DNA of 36,143 nucleotides from an uncultured Oscillospiraceae bacterium (GCA_964497655.1 CAZCDJ010000002.1:1-36143), one strand, 5' to 3'. Numbered from the stretch's first letter, positions 8,025-17,387 are shown. A program made the numbers and translations. Notes: generated by a model from the sequence alone, not told the origin.

Positions 8025-9769
8025 CTACGCTCCTCCCCCACCGGCTCGATCAAGGGCAAAAACCGCTTGCTTGCCACGTCCAGCAGCCCCCGGTCGGTGC
8101 ATTTGATCTCCGGCGAAACAGCCAAAGGCATCACGGTGAAGAAGGACATGAGATCGTTGTGACAAAAGCCCATGGCACGGCAGGCGGCGAGGAATTCGTC
8201 CAGCTTTGCAAGGAGCGTGGCGGGCTCCTCGTCGCACAACAGGCCGGCCAGCGGCAGCGGGATGCGGGCGACCACCAGTCCCCCCTGCGCGGCGCAGATG
8301 CCGCCCTGCATTTGAATCACCGTGTTGGCGGCCAATGCCATGTCCTCATCGTTACCGCCGTATATGGTAAGGTTGTGGCAGTCATGACCGTAGGTCAGGG
8401 CCACCGCGCCCTCCACGCCGTCCATCCCGTCAATGAGGGCAAGCCCCCGCTGCGCCTTGCCGTAGCGGTTGCACACCGCCATTTTGAGACAGGGCGCGGA
8501 GAGCAGGACGCCGTCCGCCGTGATAGGCATGACTCGCTGCACCCGCTTGGTGCGGACGGAGACCCCGTCCTGATGAATCAGGTTCACCAGCGCGCTGCCG
8601 CCTGACAGCGCCGGGGCGGTGATACGCAGCTCCCCGGGCGTGAGGGGCGCAATCTCCATGGAATGGCGCAGCGAAAGGGGCATTTCCCCTGCGGGGAGCG
8701 GCGGCAGATATCGCCCGTCCCGGGCCACCGTCTCGCCGCCGCAGAGCACCAGGCGAGGGAGAAAGCCCGTCAAATTGTCCGTCAAAATAAGATCAGCCCG
8801 CATACCCGGCGCAATGCCCCCCACATCATGGAGGCGCAGACGCTGGGCGGGGTTGATGGTGGTGTATCGAATGGCGCGCAGAGGGTCGAGCCCAAGCGCA
8901 ACGGCCTTTGCCGCCACATGGTTTAAGTGCCCGTTGTGCATCAGCCGGGGCAGGGGCACATCGTCCGTCACAAGGCAGATGCGGTTCTGGATGGGCGCGG
9001 TGTTCATGGCAGAGACGGTGGATTCGTTCAGCATACTCTCCTGAACCTGTACGGTGAAGCCCAGCGCCAGCTCCTCCAGCAGCTTCTCCCCGGTGGACAG
9101 CGTGTGGTCGCTGTCGATGCCCGCGGCGCGGAAGGCCTGCAGCCGCCGGCCGGTGAGCAGAGAGGCGTGCCCGTCCAGAATGCAGCCCCGGCGCGCGGCG
9201 GCCTCCACCACGGCGCAAATGGCCGGGTCGGCGGCGGCCACGCCGTTGAAGTCCATCACTTCCCCCAGGCCGTGGATGCCGGGCAGATCCAGAAGCCGCT
9301 CCATCTCAGATGCGTCCACCGCGTAGCCGGAGTCCTCAAAGCCCGGCGCGGAGGGAATGGTGGAGGGGGCCATCATCAAAATCCGCAGGGGAAGCCCGGC
9401 GGAGGCCTCCATCAGCGCGGCGACCCCCTCCCTGCCCATCACATTGGCGATCTCATGGGGGTCCGCCGCCACCGTGGTGGTGCCGCAGGGCAGCACCACA
9501 GAGGCAAAATGGGCGGGCGTCAGCATACTGCTCTCCAGATGCATATGGGAATCCACCAGACCGGGCAGCGCGTAGCTGCCGCACCCGTCTATGGTCTCCC
9601 CCGCATCCATTCCGGCCTCCTCCGCGCCCACATAGGCGATGCGATCACCCACGATGCCGATGCAGCCGGGTGTGACGCTGTCGTTAAACACGTTGACAAT
9701 GCGGACATTGCGGATCAAACTATCGAAGGGGAGCTCCCCCATCGCGGCCCGAATCACCGTCGCAAGCAT
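8021..9769 (-). CDS. Adenine deaminase (AdeC)-family amidohydrolase
   Basis: 582 aa. N-terminal amidohydrolase barrel with ALPGLVDSHMHLESSMLTP (HxH...ESS as in AdeC) and TTVAADPHEIANVMG. The length fits the two-domain AdeC architecture. Substrate cannot be told from the sequence. Confidence 0.75.
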   Translation of the reverse strand: MLATVIRAAMGELPFDSLIRNVRIVNVFNDSVTPGCIGIVGDRIAYVGAEEAGMDAGETIDGCGSYALPGLVDSHMHLESSMLTPAHFASVVLPCGTTTVAADPHEIANVMGREGVAALMEASAGLPLRILMMAPSTIPSAPGFEDSGYAVDASEMERLLDLPGIHGLGEVMDFNGVAAADPAICAVVEAAARRGCILDGHASLLTGRRLQAFRAAGIDSDHTLSTGEKLLEELALGFTVQVQESMLNESTVSAMNTAPIQNRICLVTDDVPLPRLMHNGHLNHVAAKAVALGLDPLRAIRYTTINPAQRLRLHDVGGIAPGMRADLILTDNLTGFLPRLVLCGGETVARDGRYLPPLPAGEMPLSLRHSMEIAPLTPGELRITAPALSGGSALVNLIHQDGVSVRTKRVQRVMPITADGVLLSAPCLKMAVCNRYGKAQRGLALIDGMDGVEGAVALTYGHDCHNLTIYGGNDEDMALAANTVIQMQGGICAAQGGLVVARIPLPLAGLLCDEEPATLLAKLDEFLAACRAMGFCHNDLMSFFTVMPLAVSPEIKCTDRGLLDVASKRFLPLIEPVGEERR

Positions 9770-9839
9770 GGAATTGCCCCCCTTTCAGTAAAGTACTTCA
9801 AGTTATTTACATTAATTTGCATAAAAGACTACGCCTGAA

Positions 9840-9868
9840 ATTATAACTATTTACGGATTTTTTGTCAA
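9840..9868 (-). promoter_or_regulatory. Consensus sigma-A promoter for the AdeC-like/ABC/MBL operon
   Basis: The minus strand reads TTGACA (9868-9863), a 17-nt spacer, then TATAAT (9845-9840). Both hexamers are perfect. Leader of about 65 nt to ATG 9769, with a GAAAGGGGGG RBS. Confidence 0.6.
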
Positions 9869-9875
9869 CCAGCCC

Positions 9876-9904
9876 TTGCAAAAAGGCGATTTTTTGTATA
9901 GTAT
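9876..9904 (+). promoter_or_regulatory. Candidate sigma-A promoter for the M20 amidohydrolase gene
   Basis: TTGCAA (9876-9881), then either TAGTAT (17-nt spacer) or TGtATAGT as an extended -10. It lies back-to-back with the minus-strand promoter. Confidence 0.3.
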
Positions 9905-9968
9905 GATAGAGAACGAAATATCAGCGAGCAGGATATATCATATTTCCCCAATGAAATGAGGAGCTCTT

Positions 9969-11294
9969 ATGACAAAGGAAGAACTGAAACAGCGCTGTCT
10001 GCGGGAGATCGACAAAAATAAGGAAACCATTATCGCCCTTGGCGATGAGATTTTTCGGCATCCCGAGCTGGGCTTCAAGGAGGAGCACACGGCGCAGCTG
10101 ACCGCGCAGACCTTTGACCGGCTGCACATCCCCCACCGGGACGCTCTGGCGCTGACCGGGGTGAAGGGCAACCTGAAGGGTCGCCGCTCCGATACGCGCG
10201 TGATGGTGATGGGCGAGCTGGACGCGGTGGTCTGTCCCCTGCACCCTGACGCCGACCTTCGCACCGGCGCAGCCCATTCCTGCGGCCACAACTCCCAGAT
10301 CGCCGCCATGCTGGGCGCGGCCATGGGTCTCGCGCCGTTGGCGGAGTATCTGGACGGGGACGTGGCCTTTGTGGCTGTCCCCGCCGAGGAATATGTGGAG
10401 CTGGAATACAGGGAGCGGCTGCGGCAGGACGGAAAAATCCACTTCTTTGGCGGCAAGCAGGAGCTGATTCGGCTGGGGGAGCTGGATGACATCGACATGG
10501 GCATGATGATTCATTCCCACGCGGGGGTGGCGGAGCGCCGCTTCCTCATCGACTGCGACAGCTCCGGCTTTATCGGAAAGCTGGTGCGCTTCACCGGACG
10601 GGAGGCCCACGCGGGCGCCCGGCCCTTCGACGGGATTAACGCCCTCAACGCGGCGGCCCTCTCCCTGATGGCCATCAACTCCCAGCGGGAAACCTTCCGG
10701 GAAAAGGATCGCATCCGCGTTCACCCCATCATCACCAAGGGGGGCGACCTTGTGAATATCGTGCCGGCGGATGTGCGGATGGAAACCTATGTGCGGGGCA
10801 CCAATCTGGCGGCGATTCTGGACGCCTCCCAGAAGGTGGATCGGGCATTGAAGGGCAGCGCCTATTCCATCGGCGCGGAGGTGGACATCCGTCAGCTGCC
10901 CGGTTATCTCCCCCTGATTCTTTGCCCCGGAATGTCCCGGCTGTTTGCAAGCAACTGTGAGGCGCTGCTGGGCGAGGGCTGCAACATCTACGGGCAGGAG
11001 CTGATGGGCGCTACCGACGCCGGGGATCTTAGCTCTCTCATGCCCTTCCTCCATATGTCCACGGGCGGCTACACCGGCAGCGCCCACAGCAAGGACTTCA
11101 CCATCTGCGACAAGGAGATGGCCTATGTGATGCCGGCCAAGGCCATGGCGCTGACGGTCATCGACCTGCTGTGGGACGGCGCGGCGGAGGCCCGGCGCAT
11201 CAAGGAGGGACACTCCCCCAAATTCACCCGGGAGAGCTACCTGCAATTCTGGGACCGTTTTTCCGACGGCTCCATTGACCCCGGCAGTTTTTAA
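9969..11294 (+). CDS. M20-family amidohydrolase (AbgB / N-acyl-amino-acid amidohydrolase-like)
   Basis: 441 aa. N-terminus IIALGDEIFRHPELGFKEEHT and metal motif AHSCGHN are typical of M20D amidohydrolases. RBS GAGGAG lies before ATG 9969. Confidence 0.8.
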   Translation: MTKEELKQRCLREIDKNKETIIALGDEIFRHPELGFKEEHTAQLTAQTFDRLHIPHRDALALTGVKGNLKGRRSDTRVMVMGELDAVVCPLHPDADLRTGAAHSCGHNSQIAAMLGAAMGLAPLAEYLDGDVAFVAVPAEEYVELEYRERLRQDGKIHFFGGKQELIRLGELDDIDMGMMIHSHAGVAERRFLIDCDSSGFIGKLVRFTGREAHAGARPFDGINALNAAALSLMAINSQRETFREKDRIRVHPIITKGGDLVNIVPADVRMETYVRGTNLAAILDASQKVDRALKGSAYSIGAEVDIRQLPGYLPLILCPGMSRLFASNCEALLGEGCNIYGQELMGATDAGDLSSLMPFLHMSTGGYTGSAHSKDFTICDKEMAYVMPAKAMALTVIDLLWDGAAEARRIKEGHSPKFTRESYLQFWDRFSDGSIDPGSF

Positions 11295-11298
11295 GGAA

Positions 11299-11340
11299 AT
11301 GCCCCCTCGCTGTTTATCAGTCAGCGAGGGGGCATTTTTA
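11299..11340 (+). terminator. Rho-independent terminator (may also serve the convergent minus-strand operon)
   Basis: 14-bp stem ATGCCCCCTCGCTG (11299-11312) / CAGCGAGGGGGCAT (11322-11335) followed by TTTT (11336-11339). It sits between convergent genes ending at 11294 (+) and 11402 (-). Confidence 0.7.
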
Positions 11341-11401
11341 TAACACTTTATGCAGCCGGAGAGAGCGGCTTTGGCGGCAAGGATTAAGTCTGCGTCCCCG
11401 C

Positions 11402-14400
11402 TCATCCGCTGAATTTCGGCGCGCCATCCAGCAGCGCGGTCACTGCCCTCAGCTTGCCGTCCCGCAGGAGCTGCGCCTGCTTTGGGGGCAGGGTGTTCCC
11501 CGGTATTGCAGTCCCGTCCACTGTCATGGATGTCACCGCGCAGCCGTCCCAGGTGTGGCGGCGCTGCGGATTCCGGTAGCAAAAGCGGCAGCCCAGATAG
11601 GAGAAGCTCACCTCACCGTTTTCATCGAACATCCAGCCCGGCAGGTGCGGCTCCAGCGTGAACGCCAGCTCGCCGCACCGCAGGTGAAACAGCTCTCCTC
11701 CCAAAAACATCTCCACCCACATGGAGATCACCTCCGCCGTCGCCCCGCTCAGACGGGCGATATAGCCCCGTCCCCACAGCGCCGGGTCGGGATTTGCGGA
11801 GGATGCAATGAAGGACGAATTCTCAAGAATGCTCCGTCCATATCCGTCCGGGTTCATAAAGGGCGGCAGCAGCAGCCGCAGCTCTGAATAGAACTCCTCA
11901 TACAGCTCCGCCCGCAGCAGCGCCAGCAGGAGCTTAAACTCCGCGTGGGGAAAAATACTCTCCCGCTCGAACCAGCCGGGGGTGAAGGCGCGGATACGTC
12001 CCAGCTCAAGGCTCTCCCCCTCCAGCGACGCGCAGGTGCGATACATACGCAGCCGCTCATCGTACAGCGGGCTCTCGCGAAGTTCCTTGTAAAGCGCCCG
12101 GGCCGCCGCACCGGTCTCCAGCCGCAGCAGCTTGGCAGGCCCCTCCAGAAACACCGGCAGCGGTCGAGCCCGGAAGCCACACAGAGAATCGAAATCCATG
12201 GATTCGCCCGCAAACTCCGGGGTATGCGCGTAATAGGTGGGCGGCGGCGCGCCCTCCCCCCGCACACGGGAAAGGCCGTCCGCCAGCAGTCGGTCAAGGC
12301 AGCCCAGCAGCTCCCCCACAACCTCCGCCGGCAGGGCAGTCTCCTCCCAGTCGGCGGAGGATAGCCCGGCATACGCCCGCTCCCGCCAGCTCTCCCGCAG
12401 GGTGAGCGAGCGCCGCCAGAAGGCAAAGCGGTCAAGCCGCCCCTGCTCCAGCTCCCCCGCGGCTCCACTGAGCGCCAGCGCCAGCTGCCACACAGCCCCG
12501 GGCAGTAAGATGTAATCCGCCCCCTCCGCCCAGCGGGAAAGCCGCCGCACCAGCAGCGAAAGATCCACGCACTCGGACACACTGCTGCCGAACAGCCCCG
12601 GCAGCCCGTTGAGGGCGTCGTTCCAGCCGGGCTTGCCCGCCTCCATTTCCAAGCCCCGCTGAAAGGGGTCCAGCGTGGCACATTTCAGAGTGCACAGCAG
12701 AAGGAGCTTCGCAAACAGCGAGCATTTGAGGCTCCCTCCCCGCTCATCCCGCTCCCACGGGGAAGCGTCGCAGGACTGTCTGGTCTCCACCGCGTCATAT
12801 TGCCGTGCGCCGTTCTCGCCGGCACGCAGCTTTTCCCGCAGTGGACGCACCCGGGACTGCGCCGCAAAAAACCGCAGCGGCGTGCGGAACACCATCTCCC
12901 CCTCCAACCGGGGAAACACCTTGAGATACCCGTCTATCAGCTCGGGCACATAGGTCCAGTGGTCAATCCAGCAGCCGTCGCCAAAGGCGGCGCGGGGCAG
13001 CTCCCGACACAAAGCCGGCAATTGGGTGAAAAACCGCAGCTCAGTCTCCCTGGACAGCTCCGCTCCCGCCGCGTCCAGCAGCCTCCACAGGTCACTGGGC
13101 GCAAGTCCGCCGTGGAGAGATGCCGCAATCTCCCGGGGCGGCACATCAGGAAGGTATTTGCCCCACAGGTCAAAAAACGCCCCGTCGTTTTCCGGCGGCA
13201 GCTGCCAGTGGGAGGGCAGCAGCTCCAGCGGGTTATAGCCGTCCAGCTGCAGCAGCTCGGCAAAGCGCACGATTTCCCGATTGCCCACCTGGGGAAAGAA
13301 CAGCACGTCGCTGCGCCGGTTCTGGCAGACATCGCGGAAATTGCCGTCCCCCTGGGAATAGTGGGCGGCGGGGACGGCAAATTTGTTATAGTCCCGCTCC
13401 AAATCCCCATGGCGGCGGGAATACAGATGGAGCAGCTGATCCCCCAGCAAAAACGGCTGCCCGCCCCGCATCACATTATCCAGCCAGCATTGCCGCAGAT
13501 AAGGTCCCAACTCCGGCAGCGCCGTGCGCGTATCCATCGGCGCGGTCAGCTCCCGCGTGAGGGAATCGGCCTGCGCCAGCGCCCCATCTATCCAGTCCGG
13601 AGAGCAGAGCAGGGGCGCGTATCGGCTTAGCTCCGCTTCTCCGCTGGTGACGCCGGAAGCGAAATAAATGACCCGGCTCTCCCCCGGCGCAAGGGAAAAG
13701 CCCGCGACGGCCAGCGCGCAGGGCACCCCGTTCCACATTCGCTGCCCCGCGCCGGGGGCGGGAACGCCATACGCGGCAAACTCTCCCGGCGTGCCGTAGC
13801 CGGTGTCCTGTCCGAACACAACGCCCGCATCCAGCACCAGCGGCAGCGCCCTCCCCTCCATGGCGGCACAGCAAAAATGCGCGCGGGTGATCTCCTTCAC
13901 CCGCGCGTCGTTCTCCGTGGACGCCCGCAGCGAGAAAAGGGCCGCGCCGCCCTCCGCCACCCGGGCCTGGAAAAAGCTTCGCAGCAGATTTCCCATCTCC
14001 CGGAACTCGCCGTTTCTGACCCCGAAGGGGAGCACACGCGCCATACCGTCCAGCAGCTCCACCTCCAGCGTCTCCGGCGACGCGTTGGTCACCATGACCC
14101 GGCGCACCAGCGCCCCCAGCCCCCGATGGGGCAGCAGAAAGCAGTCGACGCGGGTATCCAGTCCGCAGGGCGCGCCCGTCTCCGCAAGCGAAACACGGTT
14201 TTGCGCGATACGCATGGTCTGGGCGCACAACGCTGCCCCTGATGGGGCAAAGGGCTCGTGCAGTCGTCCGCCCACCCGGTAAAAGGTGCGGAAGCCCTTC
14301 CGCGCCGTGTCCTCATAGGCCTCCACCGCCGGAGAAAACTCCATGATGGCGCCCTCCCGCCCGTCCGAGCCAAAGGAGGCGATCGCCTGTCCCCGGTTTA

Positions 14401-14521
14401 CATAACAACACCAGAGCGGCACACCGTCCGCGCCGCAGATACCGGGGAGGAAACTGGAAAAGGGCGGCTTGCCGTTGTAATCCGCAATGACGAATTCGTT
14501 TTCCTCAAAGCGCTTAAGCAT
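11402..14521 (-). CDS. Large cytoplasmic glycoside phosphorylase/hydrolase-like protein (distant GH94-clan-like), specificity unknown
   Basis: 1039 aa from ATG 14521 (MLKRFEENEF...). That ATG overlaps the GH30 stop as ATGCTTAA. No signal peptide. Contains EAGKPGWNDALNGLPG, which resembles the catalytic (D)WND(C)LN motif of GH94 cellobiose/chitobiose phosphorylases. The size resembles beta-1,2- and beta-1,3-glucan phosphorylases (GH94, GH149, GH161). The gene call is firm; the function is tentative. Confidence 0.6.
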   Translation of the reverse strand: MLKRFEENEFVIADYNGKPPFSSFLPGICGADGVPLWCCYVNRGQAIASFGSDGREGAIMEFSPAVEAYEDTARKGFRTFYRVGGRLHEPFAPSGAALCAQTMRIAQNRVSLAETGAPCGLDTRVDCFLLPHRGLGALVRRVMVTNASPETLEVELLDGMARVLPFGVRNGEFREMGNLLRSFFQARVAEGGAALFSLRASTENDARVKEITRAHFCCAAMEGRALPLVLDAGVVFGQDTGYGTPGEFAAYGVPAPGAGQRMWNGVPCALAVAGFSLAPGESRVIYFASGVTSGEAELSRYAPLLCSPDWIDGALAQADSLTRELTAPMDTRTALPELGPYLRQCWLDNVMRGGQPFLLGDQLLHLYSRRHGDLERDYNKFAVPAAHYSQGDGNFRDVCQNRRSDVLFFPQVGNREIVRFAELLQLDGYNPLELLPSHWQLPPENDGAFFDLWGKYLPDVPPREIAASLHGGLAPSDLWRLLDAAGAELSRETELRFFTQLPALCRELPRAAFGDGCWIDHWTYVPELIDGYLKVFPRLEGEMVFRTPLRFFAAQSRVRPLREKLRAGENGARQYDAVETRQSCDASPWERDERGGSLKCSLFAKLLLLCTLKCATLDPFQRGLEMEAGKPGWNDALNGLPGLFGSSVSECVDLSLLVRRLSRWAEGADYILLPGAVWQLALALSGAAGELEQGRLDRFAFWRRSLTLRESWRERAYAGLSSADWEETALPAEVVGELLGCLDRLLADGLSRVRGEGAPPPTYYAHTPEFAGESMDFDSLCGFRARPLPVFLEGPAKLLRLETGAAARALYKELRESPLYDERLRMYRTCASLEGESLELGRIRAFTPGWFERESIFPHAEFKLLLALLRAELYEEFYSELRLLLPPFMNPDGYGRSILENSSFIASSANPDPALWGRGYIARLSGATAEVISMWVEMFLGGELFHLRCGELAFTLEPHLPGWMFDENGEVSFSYLGCRFCYRNPQRRHTWDGCAVTSMTVDGTAIPGNTLPPKQAQLLRDGKLRAVTALLDGAPKFSG

Positions 14522-15866
14522 GGGACACCTCAGTTTCATCCAGCAAAATGGTGGAGATAGCATCCCCCGGGCAGCGCAGGGCGCAGAGCGAGCCGCCAAC
14601 CCGAAGGGTAAAGTCCAGCGGATTCCCCGTCCGGTTCAGCGCCACCGCCGCCACACCCCCGTCGGGGTTGCGGAACGCGGCGAAGCCCAGCGCGTCGCCA
14701 AAGCGCGTGACGCCGAGACGCAGCGCACCGGGTCTTACATACCGGCTGAAATGGCCCAGATAGTAATAGCTGAGGTTGCGTCGCAGACCGTCGAAATCCG
14801 GGGTGGCCATCACCGGCGCGTCGCAGTAGTTGCCCTTGTGATTGGGGCCACCGTCGCTATCCAGCAGGATATTCCAGTCCAGAAACGCGTTGAGGCCGGC
14901 GTTGAAGCCTCCGATCAGCTCCTCGGCGTAGCGCCGCGCGTTTTGCAGCTGGGCGTCCCTCTCGCAGCGGGAATACTCGATGCAGCCCTCGGTGAAAATC
15001 AGCAGCTTGTCGGGGTATTTTCGGGCCACCAGCTCCAGCGCCTGAAAATGGTCGCCGCTGTACCAGTGGAAGCCCGCGGCCCCCACGGCCTCATTTGCCC
15101 GCGCGTCGGAGCAGATGGCGTCCACCCGGTCGAAAAGCCGCTCCTTATTGTGATCCCACACGGTAACGGTCACATCCCCCAATCCGTGGCGGCACAGCGC
15201 CGGGGACAGGAAGTCCCGGATAAAATCCCGCTCCTCCGCCGGGGAGTAGCAGCAGGAATCCCAGCTCTGCGCCGCGTTCGGCTCGTTTTGCGGGGAGAGG
15301 GCAAACACGTCAAGCCCCCGCGCCCGATAGGCTGCAACATAGCGGCAGAGATAGTCCGCCCAGCGCGCCCGATATTCCGGCAGCAGCCTGCCGCCGCCGT
15401 TTTTGCTGCCGTTGGATTTCATGTAGGCTGGCGGCGACCAGGGGGAGAGCATCAGCTTCGGCGCTGTCCCAAGGGCGCGGATGTCCGCCAGCAGCGGGAG
15501 CACATAGCGCTCGTCCCTTGCCAGAGAGAAGTGCCGCAGCTCCGCATCCTCCTCGTCATCGTCCGCGCTGTAATTGTCAAGGCAGAAGTCGCAGCTGTCC
15601 AGATGGCAGCGGCCCAGGGTATAGCCCAGTCCGTCCGCCCCGAAATACGCGGCGAGCGCCTGCCGCTTCGTCTCCGGGCTCAGGTGGGAATAGACGTACC
15701 CCGCCGCCTCCGTGATGGCGCCGCCAAAGCCCAGAACCCGCTGGAAGGTCTCGCCGGGATAGAGATTCACGATTCCCAGCTCCGTCCCGTCGTCCGGGCG
15801 AAGCGCGGCGCTCTCCCAGGTCTGCACCGGGCCGCCGTTTACAAAAGAGGTCGTCAGTATTTTCAT
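14514..15866 (-). CDS. Glycoside hydrolase family 30 (glucosylceramidase / beta-glycosidase-like)
   Basis: 450 aa from ATG 15866 (GGAGGA RBS, ATGA overlap with the GH5 stop). GH30 hallmarks: VLGFGGAITEAAG, LSPWSPPAYMK, acid/base ALSPQNEP, nucleophile region LIFTEGC. No signal peptide. Confidence 0.85.
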   Translation of the reverse strand: MKILTTSFVNGGPVQTWESAALRPDDGTELGIVNLYPGETFQRVLGFGGAITEAAGYVYSHLSPETKRQALAAYFGADGLGYTLGRCHLDSCDFCLDNYSADDDEEDAELRHFSLARDERYVLPLLADIRALGTAPKLMLSPWSPPAYMKSNGSKNGGGRLLPEYRARWADYLCRYVAAYRARGLDVFALSPQNEPNAAQSWDSCCYSPAEERDFIRDFLSPALCRHGLGDVTVTVWDHNKERLFDRVDAICSDARANEAVGAAGFHWYSGDHFQALELVARKYPDKLLIFTEGCIEYSRCERDAQLQNARRYAEELIGGFNAGLNAFLDWNILLDSDGGPNHKGNYCDAPVMATPDFDGLRRNLSYYYLGHFSRYVRPGALRLGVTRFGDALGFAAFRNPDGGVAAVALNRTGNPLDFTLRVGGSLCALRCPGDAISTILLDETEVSHA

Positions 15867-17383
15867 GGCTCCTCCGATAGTATCACATTTTCCAGGTACA
15901 GCTCTCCCCCGGTACATTCCACCGTCAGCACATTCTCCCCCGGGGAAAAGAGGAAGTCCGCCGCCGCTCCGCGCACGGTTATCCCGCCGCAGGAAAGGCT
16001 GACGCCGCCCGCGCCGGCGCAGACCGCCTGTGCCCTGCCCCGGCCTCCCCCGCTGCGGAAGTGATAGGAAAGGCTCTCCCCCGGCAAAAGTCGGGCAAAA
16101 ATTCGCTCCGACGGGGGCTGCGGCTCTCCCCCGTAGCGGGCGTAGTCGGGCACGCCCTCGTGTCCGTCGGCAAAGAGCAGCATGACCGGCTCTCTCATCC
16201 TGAGCCTTGCGCCGGGCTGCCGGGGGCTGAGAATATGGCAGTGGTCAAAGGCCTCGGCGGGGATAACCACCGGCGCGCGCCGCAGCAGCGAGCACGCGAC
16301 CCCGTCGTGGAACTCCGTGCGCCCAAGGGCCTCCAGAAACCCGTCGAATAATTCCCTTGGCTCCCGGGGCGCTGCGCCCCCGTCCAGATAGGAGACCAGC
16401 TCCTCCCACCGGGGCGGCTGGGGGAAGGTCGCCGGGGAATTGGGTATGTCCATCTTCTTATAGCTCCAGAAGCTCCAGCCAATGCCCAGCCGTTCCAGCA
16501 TGGGGAACAGGGCAGCGTTCCAGTGGGCGTTATTCTCCCCGCTCTCCCCGTCAAACAGCGGCACGCCCAAAGCTGCGGCGATGCGAAGATGCGCCTCCAG
16601 GCTCTCTCGCTCCGGCGGAGACCAGTACTTATGAAATTGCAGCGCGATGTTATCCGCCGCCTCCGCCGGGGTAAGCTCCGCCAGCACGTCCAGCTCCGTG
16701 GCCCAGTGGACGCCCTCCAGCATAATCATGTGGTTTCTGTCATGCTGCCGAATCTCTGCAATCAGCCGCCGGTAAAGGGGCAGCAGTCGGGGATACAGCG
16801 AGGAAAATTCCTGCGCCAGCGGTTCGTTCAGCAGATCAAAGGCGGCAACCGCCGGCTCGTCCCGGTAGCGCTGCGCCAGCAGTCCCCACAGCCGCAGCAG
16901 CTCCCCCTCGTTTCCCTCATCCAGAAAAAGCTCCGGCAAATCCCGCAGGCTGTCGTCAATGTTTTTCCCGGTCTGACCCCCCGGCGCGGCGTGCAGGTCC
17001 AAAATCACAAGAAGGCCGTGTTTTTTGCACCACGCGATGCACTCGTCCATGTGCCGGGCATAGTCCTCGTTCAGCCCCTCGGGTCGCAGCAGATGCCGGG
17101 CGTTGAAGGGCAGGCGCACGGAATTGAAGCCCTGAGAGGCTATGTATTCCATGTCTCGCTCCGTGATGTAGCTGTCATAGTACCGCCGCCAGAACGACGC
17201 GGCGTATTCCTCCCCGCAGAGGGAGGAAATGAGCGCCTCCATCCGGCGGGGACGGTCGCATTTCGTATAGAGCTTCCACATATAGCCCTCTGGCAGCAGC
17301 CAGCCGCCCAGACCCGCGCTCCGCAGCAGGATGGGCCGTCCGCCAAGGGTCATTTTTCCGTTTTCGGCTTTCAGAAATTCCAT
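15863..17383 (-). CDS. Glycoside hydrolase family 5 with a C-terminal extension of about 130 aa
   Basis: 506 aa. ASQGFNSVRLPF, VILDLHAAPGGQ, acid/base FDLLNEP, and nucleophile region MIMLEGVHW. The C-terminal tail may be a beta-sandwich or CBM-like module. No signal peptide. Confidence 0.8.
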   Translation of the reverse strand: MEFLKAENGKMTLGGRPILLRSAGLGGWLLPEGYMWKLYTKCDRPRRMEALISSLCGEEYAASFWRRYYDSYITERDMEYIASQGFNSVRLPFNARHLLRPEGLNEDYARHMDECIAWCKKHGLLVILDLHAAPGGQTGKNIDDSLRDLPELFLDEGNEGELLRLWGLLAQRYRDEPAVAAFDLLNEPLAQEFSSLYPRLLPLYRRLIAEIRQHDRNHMIMLEGVHWATELDVLAELTPAEAADNIALQFHKYWSPPERESLEAHLRIAAALGVPLFDGESGENNAHWNAALFPMLERLGIGWSFWSYKKMDIPNSPATFPQPPRWEELVSYLDGGAAPREPRELFDGFLEALGRTEFHDGVACSLLRRAPVVIPAEAFDHCHILSPRQPGARLRMREPVMLLFADGHEGVPDYARYGGEPQPPSERIFARLLPGESLSYHFRSGGGRGRAQAVCAGAGGVSLSCGGITVRGAAADFLFSPGENVLTVECTGGELYLENVILSEEP

Positions 17384-17387
17384 GTAC

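Noticed and set aside
9921-11582. 553-aa minus-strand ORF antisense to the M20 amidohydrolase gene
   Set aside because: It crosses the 11299-11340 terminator and runs into the 3' end of the neighbouring gene. It has no motifs and a biased Gly/Arg/Ala/His composition. The plus-strand M20 gene has an RBS and catalytic motifs.
14522-14599. Upstream extension of the 1065-aa ORF; similar extensions exist at 15867-15917, 20440-20511, 21625-21645, 23399-23440, 27458-27529 and 32485-32565
   Set aside because: Each extended start lacks an RBS and overlaps the preceding gene. Internal ATGs with Shine-Dalgarno sequences or stop/start overlaps give N-termini that match family expectations.
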